From Octopus vulgaris (lineage: Eukaryota): a DNA stretch of 64,000 nucleotides. Positions 1 to 14,098 of this stretch are shown here, one piece after another. The number at the start of each line of letters is the position of its first letter. Position 1 is the first letter of the stretch. Location of the stretch: assembly GCA_951406725.2 (NCBI GenBank), contig OX597822.1:7998001-8062000 (forward strand), in the 5' to 3' direction. Under the pieces are notes generated by a model. That model was not told where the DNA came from. It made no database searches and saw only the letters and a program-made list of their open reading frames with translations. A program made the position numbers and the translations under genes.

Positions 1-295
1 CGTGTTTTTTTCGATACGTACCACAGCAGAGGAGGTTTTTTGCACCCAGGTACCCATTATTCATTGTGTAACGTATTTTAAGAGTCTAAAACCATTTCTG
101 CAACACAAGCAATGTATATTCGTATATTCCAAATTTAGAGAAAATGGGTTGTGAACGTCAACAATCTCTGCGGTTGTACACCCATACCCAGCCTCATATA
201 TATAATTAGAAATATTGCATTTCAATCGATCAGTATTCAATAGATCAGTGAATTTATTTCACTTGAAATCCGACAGATAGAAGGGCCAACCTACT

Positions 296-336
296 CCAGA
301 CTGATGAAGCGGAATTACCCAGAAACTAGTCTCTGG
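296..336 (+). ncRNA. Minimal type I hammerhead ribozyme (Penelope pLTR type)
   Basis: ccaga-CTGATGA-agcggaattaccca-GAAA-ctag-TC-tctgg. Stem I ccaga/tctgg is perfect, the core is intact, stem III is the palindrome ACTAGT and the cleavage triplet is GUC. Confidence 0.85.
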
Positions 337-463
337 TTACTGACTTTGCTGGAGGGAAGTGCTTATCTCCCCTGTTTGAAAGCTTAAGGATACTGAACGT
401 TTGTGTCGCGTAGCCAACTAGAATCGGCGTTTCCTGGTACTGGCATATTAAGTTGGCAACAAT

Positions 464-539
464 ATATATATAATATGTATATAGAATATGTATATATATA
501 GAGAGAGATAGATAGATAGATAGATAAATACATGAATAA

Positions 540-602
<63 letters not shown>

Positions 603-660
603 CATATATACATGCATATATATATATATCATATATATATATATATCTATATATATATAT
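464..660. repeat. (TA)n/(GATA)n compound microsatellite
   Basis: Seen directly; accounts for the YI-rich ORFs at 326-738. Confidence 0.95.
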
Positions 661-845
661 TGTTGGTTCCTTTGGAACAGTATTAGAAGTCACCAACAGG
701 AATAAAAAGGAAAACTGAATAGGGTGCCAGTCAAACAATTACAAAAGGTTCCCCCCCCCTTGGCACGGCCAAAATAATCAGAAAAGTATTAGAGAGTTGA
801 AAAGAAAAGATAGCATGATCCTACAGACAGCAAGCCCGCTCCATA
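661..845 (+). mobile_element. 3' end fragment of an R4/Dong-like (RLE) non-LTR retrotransposon
   Basis: Encodes VGSFGTV...LGTAKIIRKVLES* and is homologous to 19825-19990. Confidence 0.7.
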
Positions 846-958
846 TTCAATACTCCAATAGTTACAACAAAATTAACATATACGTTGAAATGCAACTAAA
901 CGTTATAAGCGACATATAATGAAGGATAAAACTTCGACTTCGGACGTCTGACTCAATG

Positions 959-1184
959 TAAAAGTAGAGTTCCCTTTGAAACTATGAACTGAAAGCATAC
1001 CAAGTAACTGTGTGGTAAGAAACTTGCTTCCCAACTGCATTGTTACGGGTTCAGAGCAACGAAAGCCTCGGAGCAACGAAAGCCTTGTGAATGTGTGTGT
1101 GTGTGTGTATGTATATTTGGAGTGTTTTGAAAATTCCTTAATATAGCTATAATATTTGGAGAGAAGGCTTTTTCTCAAAGAGTT
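959..1184 (+). repeat. Local duplicate of 3045-3294 (SINE family C head fragment plus PLE terminus)
   Basis: Near-identical sequence from taaaagtagagttccc to tttctcaaagagtt at both sites. Confidence 0.9.
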
Positions 1185-1431
1185 CTCCCACTGTTCTCTA
1201 GTTATCGAACAAATCTATGATCGCAGGTCCTCCAATTATTCCTCAATCCAGTGCATTCTCCATCATTTTGTTTTTATTTTAGCGTGTAATTTCTACTAGT
1301 TTCAGTAGTTTATGAACATTGATATAGCCTGTCATATTGATTTATCTAGTTAATATATCCTTTGTAGAAGGTCTAATGCTTTCAGCATTATATTAGTCAT
1401 TGGTATCATAATACATGTCTTCACTATACTG

Positions 1432-1469
<38 letters not shown>

Positions 1470-1470
1470 G

Positions 1471-1518
<48 letters not shown>

Positions 1519-1526
1519 AATGGTCC

Positions 1527-1587
1527 GATAACTGAAGAGATGGTGGTGTGGATTTCCACCTCGGCATCTGAAAGTCAGAGTTTTATC
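1527..1587 (+). ncRNA. Hammerhead motif in a short insert between (TA)n runs, slightly degenerate
   Basis: gataa-CTGAAGA-gatg..gtggatttccac..catc-t-GAAA-gtcagag-TT-ttatc. Stem I gataa/ttatc is perfect and stem II is gatg/catc. Confidence 0.7.
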
Positions 1588-1687
1588 TTGGCTACCGAAT
1601 AATTGTCACATAGTATATTTACAGATAAATTCTTCTATTTACGTAATATTGAGGTCTCTTTCTTTTGTTATCTTACTGTTTTTACCA

Positions 1688-1745
<58 letters not shown>

Positions 1746-3387
1746 CAGTTAATACCGAATGCAAATAGATATCACACATGCAGATTTTTATAGTGAAAAA
1801 AAGATCATGAATATATAACAATTACATATCCACTTTTGGAAAACAGTTTGAACGTCTATTTCCGAGAATATTATTCAAGGTTAATAGATTTGTAAGAGGA
1901 TATTTAAACTGAATATAAATTGATTTGCTACTAATAATGGTTTCGAAAACTTTGAAGTTATCGACAAGGATATATTTTTGACCAACACGTAAATAGTTCA
2001 GGCGTTTCGTCTCCTTAGTCCTATATGTAACGCTTGCTTGTGTATACATTCACAAAAATAGAGATGAACTTTTCAGAAGATAATCAAACTGGGAACAATT
2101 TATTTCCCAAAATGGTTTAGCGCTCACTAAATAAGAACATATATATGATATTGTTACTTAACTACAAAATGGAAACATCATGGATTCAACAAAATTTTAT
2201 TTTCCTATAGCAGAACATCGACGAATCTTTATTGTAGAATTTTGCCTCTTTGATAACGCAATAATAATTCTCCGAAAATAGCCCTTCCAATTTCCTCTAA
2301 AATCAATTTCCCATGGAATAGAATCTATTACCGCAAAATAATTTCGATGTGAGCCAAAATATTTCTTTTGTAAATCAAAGATTTAAGAATGGATAAAAGA
2401 GAGAAATTTAGAGTCAGTTGGGGCATGTAATCGATCGTTAACTGGTCAGAATGGATTCTATTTTCGATTGGTAGTATCAAACAGAAAGATAGTGTACGGA
2501 ACAAGCCTTTATATACTGATCAATATAATCAGGAGACCCAAATAAGTAACTTAAAAATACAATTACGATTCTCAGCTGATGAAATTTAGGCAATAATTTT
2601 ACAATTCAAACTTGAAATATACAGTGAATATTGATTATTCAAATGGGTAGTAGCAGTGAAGCATTCGTGTGTTTTTGCAAGTGAACTGATCGTGAAAGAG
2701 AAACAAGACCTCAAGCCATTCAATAAATAAAGTGAATTCACGTCTATATAACTCCACAGTTTAATGCACACTACACAGCAATAAGTACACAATATTATGT
2801 ACAATTCTTAAGGTAATGCTGTGCTGGATTTAGTTGATCTCCTCCTTGAATAAAATAATATTAATTATCATATTTCCCGTGAATGGTAGAAGGCATGTAC
2901 GCTATCAGAATGTAAAAATATTATAGACATTATACAAATGGTGTTCTAGCATAGATACAATTCCACGTGCATGGTAGTGGCGTCTACTCTATGATATTGG
3001 ATGCCTTACATAAGTTGCACTTAGTCTATAGCCATATTAATATATAAAAGTAGAGTTCCCTTTGAAACTATGAACTGAAAGCATGCCAAGTAACTGTGTG
3101 GTAAGAAACTTGCTTCTCAACTGCATTGTTACGGGTTCAGTCTCACTGCGTGGCACCGCGAGCAAGTACCTTCTACTATAGCCTCGGAGCAACGAAAGCC
3201 TTGTGAATGTGTGTGTGTATGTATATTTGGAGTGTTTTGAAAGTTCCTTTATATAGCTATAATATTTGGAGAGAAGGCTTTTTCTCAAAGAGTTAAAATT
3301 GAGAAAAGAACCTTTGTAGAAAGTTGAAATGCACTAACATTTGAGAAGAGATTTCACAAAATGTGCGTGGCATTTGTTCTTATAGAT

Positions 3388-3423
3388 GTGCAAGCGCTTT
3401 CAGTTTTTAACATTTTCAAGCAC
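3388..3423 (-). ncRNA. Minimal hammerhead, U3-A8 core variant (inverted pLTR copy)
   Basis: Minus strand reads gtgc-TTGAAAA-tgttaaaaact-GAAA-gcgc-TT-gcac. Confidence 0.65.
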
Positions 3424-4971
3424 GCGTTGTTACATATAGTGGATATTAAATTAAGACCAATTGTAGTCGGACCGGCATCAAGCACACAAAAACCAAGCAA
3501 CTTGCTTAACACAATTCTAAAACTCTTATGTAAATTTGTCTCTAGTTATATTTGAGATGATGTGGATTTCCTAAACACCATTCCTAAAAGAGTGAACAAA
3601 GAAACCAAATTAGTCAGTAGAGTTCTAGATATACAAATATCCTCAAAGATTCCAAGAAAGATTCGCCAAGGGGTTCATACTTGAAGGGCAACAACTAGTA
3701 CTAGAAACTAAGTACTTCTTTTTTGACAACCAATAAATACTAGCTACAAACACATGGGAATGCAATGGGTACCAAGGCTGCACTTACATTTGAAACACTA
3801 GTAATGGGTTATTTGGACGAAAAAATCTAGTGCTTATCTCATATTCTTTGGGGCAAAACTTCCAATCACACCTAGTGGGAAACTGGAAAAGATACTGGAT
3901 GACTGCTTTATATTCTGGAACAAAAGTAAGGAAGACCTTAATTTTTTTTTGAAATAATAAACAGCGTCCATGGATCAATGCAATTCACTATGGAAATAAA
4001 TGAAAGGGAACTTCCCCTCCTAGATATCTTAATAATTAAAGAGAATGAGATTATAGCAACTGACCTCTATTACAAAAGCACGGCCACTCACCAAAATTTA
4101 GACTTCAGATCTTGCCATCTTTCCCTTACAAAAAGTGACATACACTTTAATATTGCAAGACGAACATGTACAGTAGTTTCAGAGAAGAGAAAGACGGCAT
4201 GTAGAGCTGAACTTGTTCCTTAAAAAACAAAAACTACCCCACCAAACTAATAGATCAAGCGCTATCAGAAGCTACAAATATCGCAATCTCTACACAAAAA
4301 AGCAAAAAACACTCACACTGAAGATAAATGGAAAAATGGACATAAAATTAGCCAATTTGTTATCATTCACAATCCCAGGAATCACAATATTCTACGAACA
4401 GTCAAACGCCTTCTTCCAATTCTACACCAGTCCCCATGTCACTGCAAATAATCAAGGAAGAACAAAGACAACCACCAAGTCTTAAGAAACTTCTAACTAA
4501 AGCAGGATTTTAATCAGAGGAAGAAATGATGCAAGTTAATAAATGTGGAGACCCACGATATTGGACATGTGATTTTATAGAACATGGACCATCCCCAAAA
4601 TTCAAGAATAGAAAAGAATCAATGGTGAATGCAAATATGAACCGTAAAAGCAAACACGTGATATATTGTATCACATGCCCACAATGCAACGAACATTATG
4701 TTGGGGAAACAAAAACGAAACTAACCAACCGGGTAAATGTACACAGACATCAAATAAAACACCCCGCACTTAGATCCATACCATTTAGCGAACATTTGGA
4801 CACATGTGCACGAGGAAAATTTACAATTTTCCTTCTTAAAATAAATGAAGAGAACGACCTTCTCTGGTAGGCAAAAGAAGAATATTTCATAAGATTTCTG
4901 AGTCCCAAACTAAACCGGGAATAGTCAACAACACTTTTACTGAAAACAACTTTCCCAATATGTAATAACAC

Positions 4972-5007
4972 GTGCTTGAAAGCGTTAAGAACTGAAAGCG
5001 CTTGCAC
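4972..5007 (+). ncRNA. Minimal hammerhead, U3-A8 core variant (3' pLTR)
   Basis: gtgc-TTGAAAG-cgttaagaact-GAAA-gcgc-TT-gcac, about 50 nt after the end of the GIY-YIG frame, where PLE hammerheads are expected. Confidence 0.65.
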
Positions 5008-5126
5008 ATCTATAAAAGGAAAAGCACAAACATTTTGTGAAATCTCTTCTGGAAGGTTAGTGTCTTTCGACTTTCTAAAATGGTTTTTTCCTCAATCTTA
5101 ACTCTTTGAGAAAAAATATTCGCTCC

Positions 5127-5175
<49 letters not shown>

Positions 5176-5367
5176 TGTATGTATGTTGGTATGTATGTAT
5201 GTGTTTGAGTGTGCGCGTGTGTGTGCTTGTGACTGTCTATGTGTTTATATATGTTGTATACAAATGCATGTATGGAAACATTTACACAGACACATACTTG
5301 TAAACAGTATGGGATTAATCCAAACGTTTAACGATTTGCTTTCTGTTAGGTATACACACGCACACAC

Positions 5368-5401
<34 letters not shown>

Positions 5402-8111
5402 ATGTATATTTATATATATGTATATGAATACGTGGGAGATTTGATTGGCTTCCTACTGTTGTTTTCGGGGTAAGAGAAGGAGTGAGAGAGAGAGACACAC
5501 ACACACAGAATTTAATAAGAAATAAAGAGTGGGTGTTGTTTGCTTTTAAGGTAAGCGGACCGCTCAGGATTTATGGCTACTATTATTATGAGAGGTCATT
5601 TATTTTAAGTGTGTGAAGGAATATAAAATAATGTTTCTCTATAGTCCATTTTGTTTTCACTTTTGTCCTGGTAATCGAAAATAACGTTACTTCGCCCTAC
5701 TTATAGACTCCTCCCTACAACATACATCGGGATCATGAACTTAGTTGGTCTACGTTCAGTGAAGATCTTTAGGAATTATATACTGTCTATTTTACTTTTT
5801 TAATCTTTTTTGTTTTGCCTATTTTCTTAACTGTGAAGGAAAGGATTCATTTGAAATTAAAAATGATAGTATACAGTAGTATGACCGACATTTTCTATAT
5901 TCTTTCCTTTTGACTGATAAGGAAAGACAAAGAGCTAAAGAGATATAGAGATAGGAAGAGGGAAAGTCTCTTATGTGCTTAGCTTTCCATTCTGGGAGTT
6001 TCTGAAGCACCTTATGTTTCTTATCCCTTTCTCTCTTCCTCCTTACTCTTGTTTGATAATTCTTTATGCAGACAAGTTTACCGTTTACCCTACAAGCTAC
6101 AGACAAGCCTCTCAGTGTTTTTCTCCGGTGCGGATGTTTGTATGTATGTATATATTATTTAAACATTATATAAAAATTTTATATATTTATAATATTTACT
6201 TTCATGTATAGCACAAGTATACAATACAAACACACACACACATACTGTTATTACACACACACACACACACAATGTATCTGCGTGTGAATGAATGAGTTAC
6301 GCATTTTCACACTTATTTATTTGCGCACAAGGCTCACCTACAATTAAATATATTTGTATTATGTTTGATGACTTCATACATGCGACAGTGTCGAATGCCA
6401 TTTAATCTATTGCTCCGTCGCACTCGTATCGTATTTAATTCTCGTTCGGGTCAATGTTATTGTTTTCCTATCACATTTTGATCACTAATTTGTATATTAT
6501 ATTATATCTTAGTACTGTTTATTTTATTTATAGATTTAGTTTTTGCTTCATTTCGATACATTCATATCGATTTGATTTAAACGCTCGTAATTTTACGTTA
6601 AATGAGAGCAAATATAGCATTATAGCCAGCAATTATTATCTTTAATAGTTTCAACATTATCCAGTTGATCATGATAAAAGAGAGAAAAATAGGAAAAAAA
6701 GTTTTTGATAAACACACAATTAAATTCTTTAAATATTAAATTTGAAAAAATTATCCAATCAAATGGGAAAGAAAGTGTGTCAAAAAACTTAATTTGATTC
6801 GTATTTTTCTGCTTCTTCAATAACTTGTCACTTAAAACTATTGTATTATTACGTAGCATTAACGTTTGTGCAGAAAAAGGTTGAAGGAACAAGTTATAAA
6901 TTATAAACGCAACTACAACAACAAATTCTTAATAACGACCTCACGATATGTGTAATGACAAAAGTAGGAAGGCTAAATGGTAACGAAACGAAAATCATGT
7001 AATAGCCGAATTGTTACTCGCATCAACTGAAAGAAATCAAGCGAAGAACAATAATTTCATCAAAATTGTTATAAATCATTTTTCGGAACATTACAAATAT
7101 CAAATCTTCCAACCAAATGAATATTCTGTAAAATAAACTCTCTAATAGAAAACTGGAACGAATTAATTGCATTATATTTATGTAAAGATATAGATATTAA
7201 TAATAACGATTACTGCTGCCATCACTATCACCAGTACCTACCACTATCACTACCACTGACGCTACTACCGTCAGCACCATCCTTGTTCTCGTAATCGTTG
7301 TATATATATTTTATACTATTATTGCAGCATATATACTATGCCTTTGCTCCCTTTCCAGTACAACGGAATAGGTTTAACTATCAATTTATTTCATTATCGG
7401 AATGTTTTGTAGGAAATTCTGATAAGTTGCTCTGACTGCTAATACTGGCAATCAAAATTTTCTCAAATCATAATTTACCACTGGAAGGATATATTAGCCA
7501 ATCTAGTTCACGATAATTATGATGCCGCTATGGTAACTCCTCGTTACAGGTGTAGTGGGCCCATGATAATTTAGGTTTAAAGAAAACAATATGTGTAGAA
7601 ACAATTTACGTAGTGTATATCTACATAATGGATAAGGACACAAAATACGAAAAGAGTTACCATGTAAACACTGACCTTAAATATATACAGTTAAATAATT
7701 TGGGGTACATCAGTTGCTGTGGAAAATAAGCCTTCCTATGGAATAACATCGTTATTTAAGTGCCAAGACATTGTTTGTGCACAAGGCATTTGCTTCACAT
7801 GGGAGTATTTGTATATAAAATCTCATTCAGCGATATCGTGGGCTTGTTTCAATTATGATAAAATTCCGAGGAAGCAAGACTTCTAAACTGTGCGAAAATC
7901 TACCATGCAAGCATCATATATTCTTCACTCTTTGAATTAGTCAGTAACTCTTGAGTAAATGTTTTAGCAAACTGTATAATCACATCTTAAAGCTCGATAA
8001 CGCGCGATACTGTGCTTCGGTCTGTAGCAAACCATAACGTTTCTCTGTGATCAAAAAACAAAACAGGAAGAAAAAATCAACATCCAGCGGTTCAACTCAT
8101 CCACAGACATA

Positions 8112-8130
8112 TCTCTTACATACAATCCGT

Positions 8131-8167
<37 letters not shown>

Positions 8168-8690
8168 GTGTCTTCTCGGATCTCGGGCACCCTCCATCCG
8201 ATTGCGCTCAAATTTGATATGTTGATACCGACGGTATCAGGGCGTGTATAAGTCTTGAAAACATTACAAAAATCGATTCCAGGTGAGAATGCGATCGATA
8301 AAGCCATTTTTGTTCTGCTTTCCTTCCGTCAACAGGTACATAACTGCACCTTCCATTTTTTGTTGTTTTCGTACTGCTTAAAGGCACGTTTCTTTCCTGC
8401 CAAGCTTACTGTTTAAACCATGTTTGTGCTCTCGCAGACAACAACCTTATCATTAGTGGTACTTTAAACTCTTCGGTTGAATATGTGTGAATAAAATCCT
8501 TTTTCTTTGGAATAGAAAAAAAGTCTATCTGTATTTCTTCTTTTGCTGGTGTCTCAAATTTAGGCTAAATCAGTGTTTCTCAAAGGGGAGACCTATGGGA
8601 CAGTCGCACAAGCTGTTTTGAGAAAATTTGGTTTAAATATTTGACAACTCAGCACCATCCATTGGACGGGGCGGGGGACAGTTTGCTCGT
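8112..8690 (+). mobile_element. Non-autonomous Helitron-like element
   Basis: 5' TC, (GTCT)n, ccgatt..aaatttg core, subterminal hairpin ccatcc-att-ggacgg, and a CTCG-T end resembling CTAG-T. Confidence 0.55.
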
Positions 8691-9067
8691 TCTAAATATA
8701 AATTATTATACTCAATCGTCTTATTGAAGAGCAGCTAATCATAATTGTTTATATGATATTCTGTTATCATAAATCATTGAATACATTGAGGTAAGGACTT
8801 TTAGGGAATCTTTGAGACATCGAAATAGTTGCATAATTATTTTGATATTCACTGTCCTACACAGACACGCAGATACACCTTGCAGATATATCTGAAAATA
8901 TTTGTATAGATATATTCAAAGGGTTTTGGTTTTATGATTATTCAACTGCGGCAATATTGCGTTCTGCGTTTGTGTATTAAAATTGATCAGCAGGAGTTTT
9001 AACCAATCCGCCTTAAACTATGAGGATATATTCATTGCCGATTGCCGCTTATTCGGTTATAGATACC

Positions 9068-9225
<158 letters not shown>

Positions 9226-9309
9226 TTTATGTTACACACCCACACACGCGAACACACACACACACGCGCGCACAAACACGTAAATGTTTCTATGTATGTG
9301 TATGTATAA

Positions 9310-9437
9310 TCTCAAAACCAATTATTGATATTTCCAAAGCTTCTACTGCGAAGGTTTCAAGTGGTAACAATTTGTTACGTAACCACTTAAAACCTACTTA
9401 TTAAAGGCATTTGAAATATCAGTAATTGGTTTTGTGA
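9310..9437. repeat. About 125 bp imperfect palindrome (MITE-like hairpin)
   Basis: caaaaccaattattgatatttc pairs with gaaatatcagtaattggttttg; inner aggtttcaagtggt pairs with accacttaaaacct. Confidence 0.8.
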
Positions 9438-9607
9438 ATATTAACTGACTCGTGTTTATAACAATCTATCCTATCTTTTCTTCATAAGGCGTTATAAAGC
9501 AACACTCACATATATATATATATACGAGTGTAATGTTGTTCTTGACAGGGAGTTGAAAATATATGATAACGTATACGCATCAAAGTATGTTACCGAATGC
9601 ATAACTA

Positions 9608-9806
<199 letters not shown>

Positions 9807-9823
9807 ACAGACATACGTACATA

Positions 9824-10594
9824 TGAGGTCTGATCAATAAGTATCCGGACTGTTGCCATAGTAGCGAAGCTAAAGCACACAGATCGACCTTGAAATCTTC
9901 TATGTATGTGCACTAAGTTTTAACGTTGTGGTTCACTTCCGCTATTTACAGCAGTGCTTGAAAGGAATGTGTGTAGCATGTGTTGTCGTATTCAGAAAGT
10001 TGTCATGGCGATACCTGCTAAGAGCACTACGCAATGTTGCTGAAAGAGTATGGAGAGGAGTGCATGAACAGCACGCAAAAGTATGAGTGGTTCAGACTTT
10101 TCTAGGATGACCAAAAAAATGTCGATATTGACGAAACTTCTGGGAGACACGCAACCAGCAGATCTAAGGAAAATATCGCAGATGTGCGTGCAGCTGTGAG
10201 GGGAAATCGTCGAATCACTATCCATATGTTATCAGAGTATGTGCAGATTATCAAAAAGCTGATCAAAAAGACACTAGGATTTCAGTTGCACAAGAATTAT
10301 TTGAATGTGTAAAGAACGTTTAAAATATTTTGAAAACTTCGCGTAGCCCTTTGAGCAGGTATCGTCAAGCTATTGGCAGAATTAGATGCAACTTTCTATA
10401 TTATGGTCAATGTGATGATCACACACTACACACCTTCCTTCTAAACACTGTTGTAAACAGCGGAAGTGAGCAAGAACGTTAAAACTTAGTACACATGCAT
10501 AACAGAGTTTAAGGTCAATCTGTGCCGTGTGGCTTCACTCTGTGTGTGTTACCCTTCTGTAGCAACGGTCCGGATACTTATTGATCAGACCACG
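9824..10594 (+). mobile_element. Mariner deletion derivative with long TIRs and a TA target site
   Basis: TIRs gaggtctgatcaataagtatccggactgttgc and gcaacggtccggatacttattgatcagaccacg, with inverted similarity extending about 160 bp. Internal remnant YEWFRLF*DDQKNVDIDETSGR..RRITI matches the mariner HTH region. Confidence 0.85.
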
Positions 10595-11249
10595 TATACA
10601 TATGCATATATTTGTATATTTTTTTTATCTGCGTAGCCTTTATATATATATATATTTTTTTTTTTTTGCGTAGCCTTAAAAAAGGAAACAATTTGTGTAA
10701 TATTTAAAATGGTAAACGTGACTCATGAGGTTTATGCAATTAAAATTCAATTTCTTTGGGGGCTCGAGAAGCACATGCTGGAAAGACTTGATGAGTTATT
10801 AGATACCAGTGAAACGATATTCTAGGATTACATTGATTAGATGTAGTAATTACTTTGCAGTAAGCGAAAAACTGGTTGAAATTAACATGGTTTAGAGGGT
10901 TTGAGAGAATTAAGAGTCGAAGTGACGAGCTACGTAGCCAGGTGATTAGTAAGGCAGAATAGCGTAATGATAGAGAGACAGGAAAGTATTCCTGTGCGAG
11001 AGAACCTGAAACGTGTCCGGTAATGATGGGATTACAGACTTATTAATTTTAGGTTGCATTCTGCGGTGATATGCGTCGGTTTTGTTTAATTTTTAATTTA
11101 TTTTTTTCTGATAAATAGATTTTCTCAATGATCCTTGGGGGAGATATCGGTAGCAGGTCTTGTAGCACACTTCTCAAGTTCAAAAGCTATCTTAATTATG
11201 TTGTTGATTCTATAGTCACACACTTGGGCTAGATTGTTACTCATCTCTT

Positions 11250-11840
11250 TCCACTGATGCAGATGTTACTTCAGTGTTATATACATGTCTTTTATGACAC
11301 CTGTACAGATTCTAGCCCATGAACAGCTTTCTTACAGGAAGTAGTTCCTGTTTTCATATCCATTGATGCTGAGGTTTCCTACAACACCAAGCTTGCTAGT
11401 TCGAACCTCAATCTCATTGAGTTCTTTATGTCACCAGTTCAGAAGTACAAACGTAAACGTAACGACAGACACTGCAAACGTGTTCTAGGCAAAATGCTTG
11501 TTGTAAGGTGAGAGTTCTGATTACCATATTCTCTTTACACACCTGAGGTATTCATTTCGGGTACCCCTAATTATTTATGGGCTCATCGTCCCAGACATAT
11601 GCATCTTTTCTCGAATATCTATATTGGTTACATGTCTGTAGATATTGATTTATCAAGCCGTTAATGTTTGGGTTTTCAGAAGAGGGCACAAATGTTATTG
11701 CCAAAAATGCAAACCAGAACTCACCAAATTTCATTCCAATGTTTATAGGAAATTGCTAAATAAGATGCAATTTTTTGTTTTGTTTTATGTGTTTGATATA
11801 ATATCTGGCCTAAAGAGTGTCATATCGACGTCAAAGAAAT
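11250..11840 (-). mobile_element. Old R4/Dong-like RT fragment
   Basis: Minus-strand remnants NEYLRCVKRIW*SELSPYNK..NTFAV and LNW*HKELNEIEVRTSKL resemble the R4-clade RT thumb. Confidence 0.5.
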
Positions 11841-11936
11841 GATGGGAGATATTTCTGGATCCACTTCTATGAAATCTATGTTACCTGAGCAGATGTGATA
11901 GTGATATATATGTATATACGTATGTATGTATATATG

Positions 11937-11989
<53 letters not shown>

Positions 11990-14098
11990 GCATGTCTTAT
12001 GAAGTGTTACAGAAAACTGAAATATATATTTTCAGCTCCGTTATATCAAATTTAACAATCAATATACTATTTGTAAATATATGCCTTCGAAAGTCTTTAG
12101 CCATGATCTTGCAGATATAATTTCGAAAGTCTTCGAGGGTCTGTCTAGCCTATTCCATTGAACTGACTTTGAAGTATATTCTTTTTCTCTGAAAATTAAC
12201 ATATATTTTGAAGTGTAGCACATTGCTACCCAATAGAAATTGGTTGATCATATATCAGTTACTTCATTGGTTCCATCATATAATTAATACGACATGTAAG
12301 ATAGATATCAGCCTATAAATGATGGCTGAGAATTCAGTATCCATTGAACTCAACCTTATCGCTTTTATTACTTCTACTTCAAACATCAGAGTAACGTCTA
12401 TATAACAGAAACAGTAATTTTGAGAATAATTATTTTTCAACGAAAAATAGTTTAATGGAAATGATAACTGTTAGATGAGTTTAATCGATTATATGTGACA
12501 CTTAATGTATTTCCTGTTTTCGAAGAAGGTCGTATTATTATAAATTCAAGCTTATACGTTTTTATATTCCCAGATGATTATGAATCACCTTTAGTGGTTA
12601 AACATAGATGTCATTAATGCAACTAAGAAAATATATTAGAATACAAGAAACAACTCAGAAATATTAATCACACGTATATATGGAAATTAATTTGTTTTCC
12701 AAAGTATTAAAAAATAAAGTAAAGGGAAAAAAACTTTGATGTTCTCTTTATTCACTTGTAAATTTCAAGTAATATCCGATGGTAAAGAAACGTGGAACAC
12801 ACTTTGATGTTAGAAAACGGCGTTCCGCGAAATCTAAAATGGGATGGTGCAATGTAGCAGTGTATGATTATATCTACAATGCTTTGAATTATCAACATTT
12901 CAGTATTAGTTGCAAGTTCACAATGATTAGTAAATAGGATGTAACACAGGAAGATTTTATGTATGTCTAGTCCTGGTAATGAGGTTCCAAATCAAAGATA
13001 CGTCAATTTATTAGATAAAAAGCATCACGAAATGAGACCTACTTTTTTCACGAACAGTATCAGTAAATAATCCAAAAATAAATTGGAATTGGAAGGAAGT
13101 GAGAACATAAACAGTTTTCATGTCAAAGAAAAGCTGCATCTTTTCTCGTAATTCTAAAATTACTTCGAAAATAGTATTTTTTTTTTGTCGGTAATGGCTC
13201 TAGAACAATATTAAAAGAATAGGCTTCTACTTGAAAGCCAAGCTATTTATAAAAGTAAACGTGTTCCTATACCAGCATAATAGCATATAACTATATACTA
13301 AATATTCACTGTCATAGCCACGTAGTATGTAATTTATTTTCAGATTTGGGTAAAAAAGGTGTTTGGTCATTGTGGCTTATGTCATTATTTTGTTGCAATG
13401 GCGGTAGGAATGAATCATTAAGAACAAAAAATTAACAAAATGTTCATGACAAACATTAATTATAGAAATAAACAAATTATGTAAATTGCTTTAAAAGTGT
13501 CGAACCGTAATACTCAAGCAAAGAATAATGTAATAGTAATTAATGTAATACACAAAACAATTAATACTACATCTAAATTAATATTAAAAGCTTCCCCTTA
13601 AAATATGTTCTCCTAAAACAGTAATACAACTTTATTAGTTGGAACTATAATCATTCAGTGTTAATTTAAATGTGTCGTATATAATCTATGTAGAATATAT
13701 ACTAATTATAAAATAACTGGTAATCATGTAAGCTTAATCACATCTTTAATTCCTCTCTCTTTTCCAAACGGAGCAATTATTTTTCAAATATGCAAATATC
13801 TTATTGAATATTACTTATTTTCCTCTGCGAGCAGTAATTTATGTGAACATATTAAGATAAGAAATTTTCACTACTTCAGTTACATGAAGTAGCACTTGGC
13901 AAAAAGCTGTATGCCATTTCCCCAGAGCAACGATACGATGTCTGTGTGAATCAGCAGAAAGTTATTTTGCTCATTATATTCAATAGAACATGGATTGCAG
14001 TATTATGATAGGTAGGGTTGGCTGTATGCTCACATCATTGGCTAGAACATATGTTTAATATGGGGAATGCTGACATCAGTAACAAAGGTAGATATATA

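Larger units (their letters stand above)
3267..5128 (+). mobile_element. Penelope-like element, 5'-truncated, with decayed RT and GIY-YIG endonuclease, flanked by inverted pLTR copies
   Basis: RT motifs LRPIVVGPASSTQKPSNLLNTILK, GNAMGT and QFTMEINERELPLLDILI..TDLYYKST. GIY-YIG motif VIYCITCPQCNEHYVGETKTKLTNRVNVHR in ORF 4526-4870. Inverted repeat about 3267-3437 vs 4958-5128. Many stops and frameshifts. Confidence 0.9.

Noticed and set aside
2567-2630. CTGATGA...GAAA spacing
   Set aside because: No convincing stem I or stem II and no NUH triplet.
13335-13410. Possible host exon (ttttcag...gtagga)
   Set aside because: Splice-like signals alone, with no recognisable protein or partner exons.
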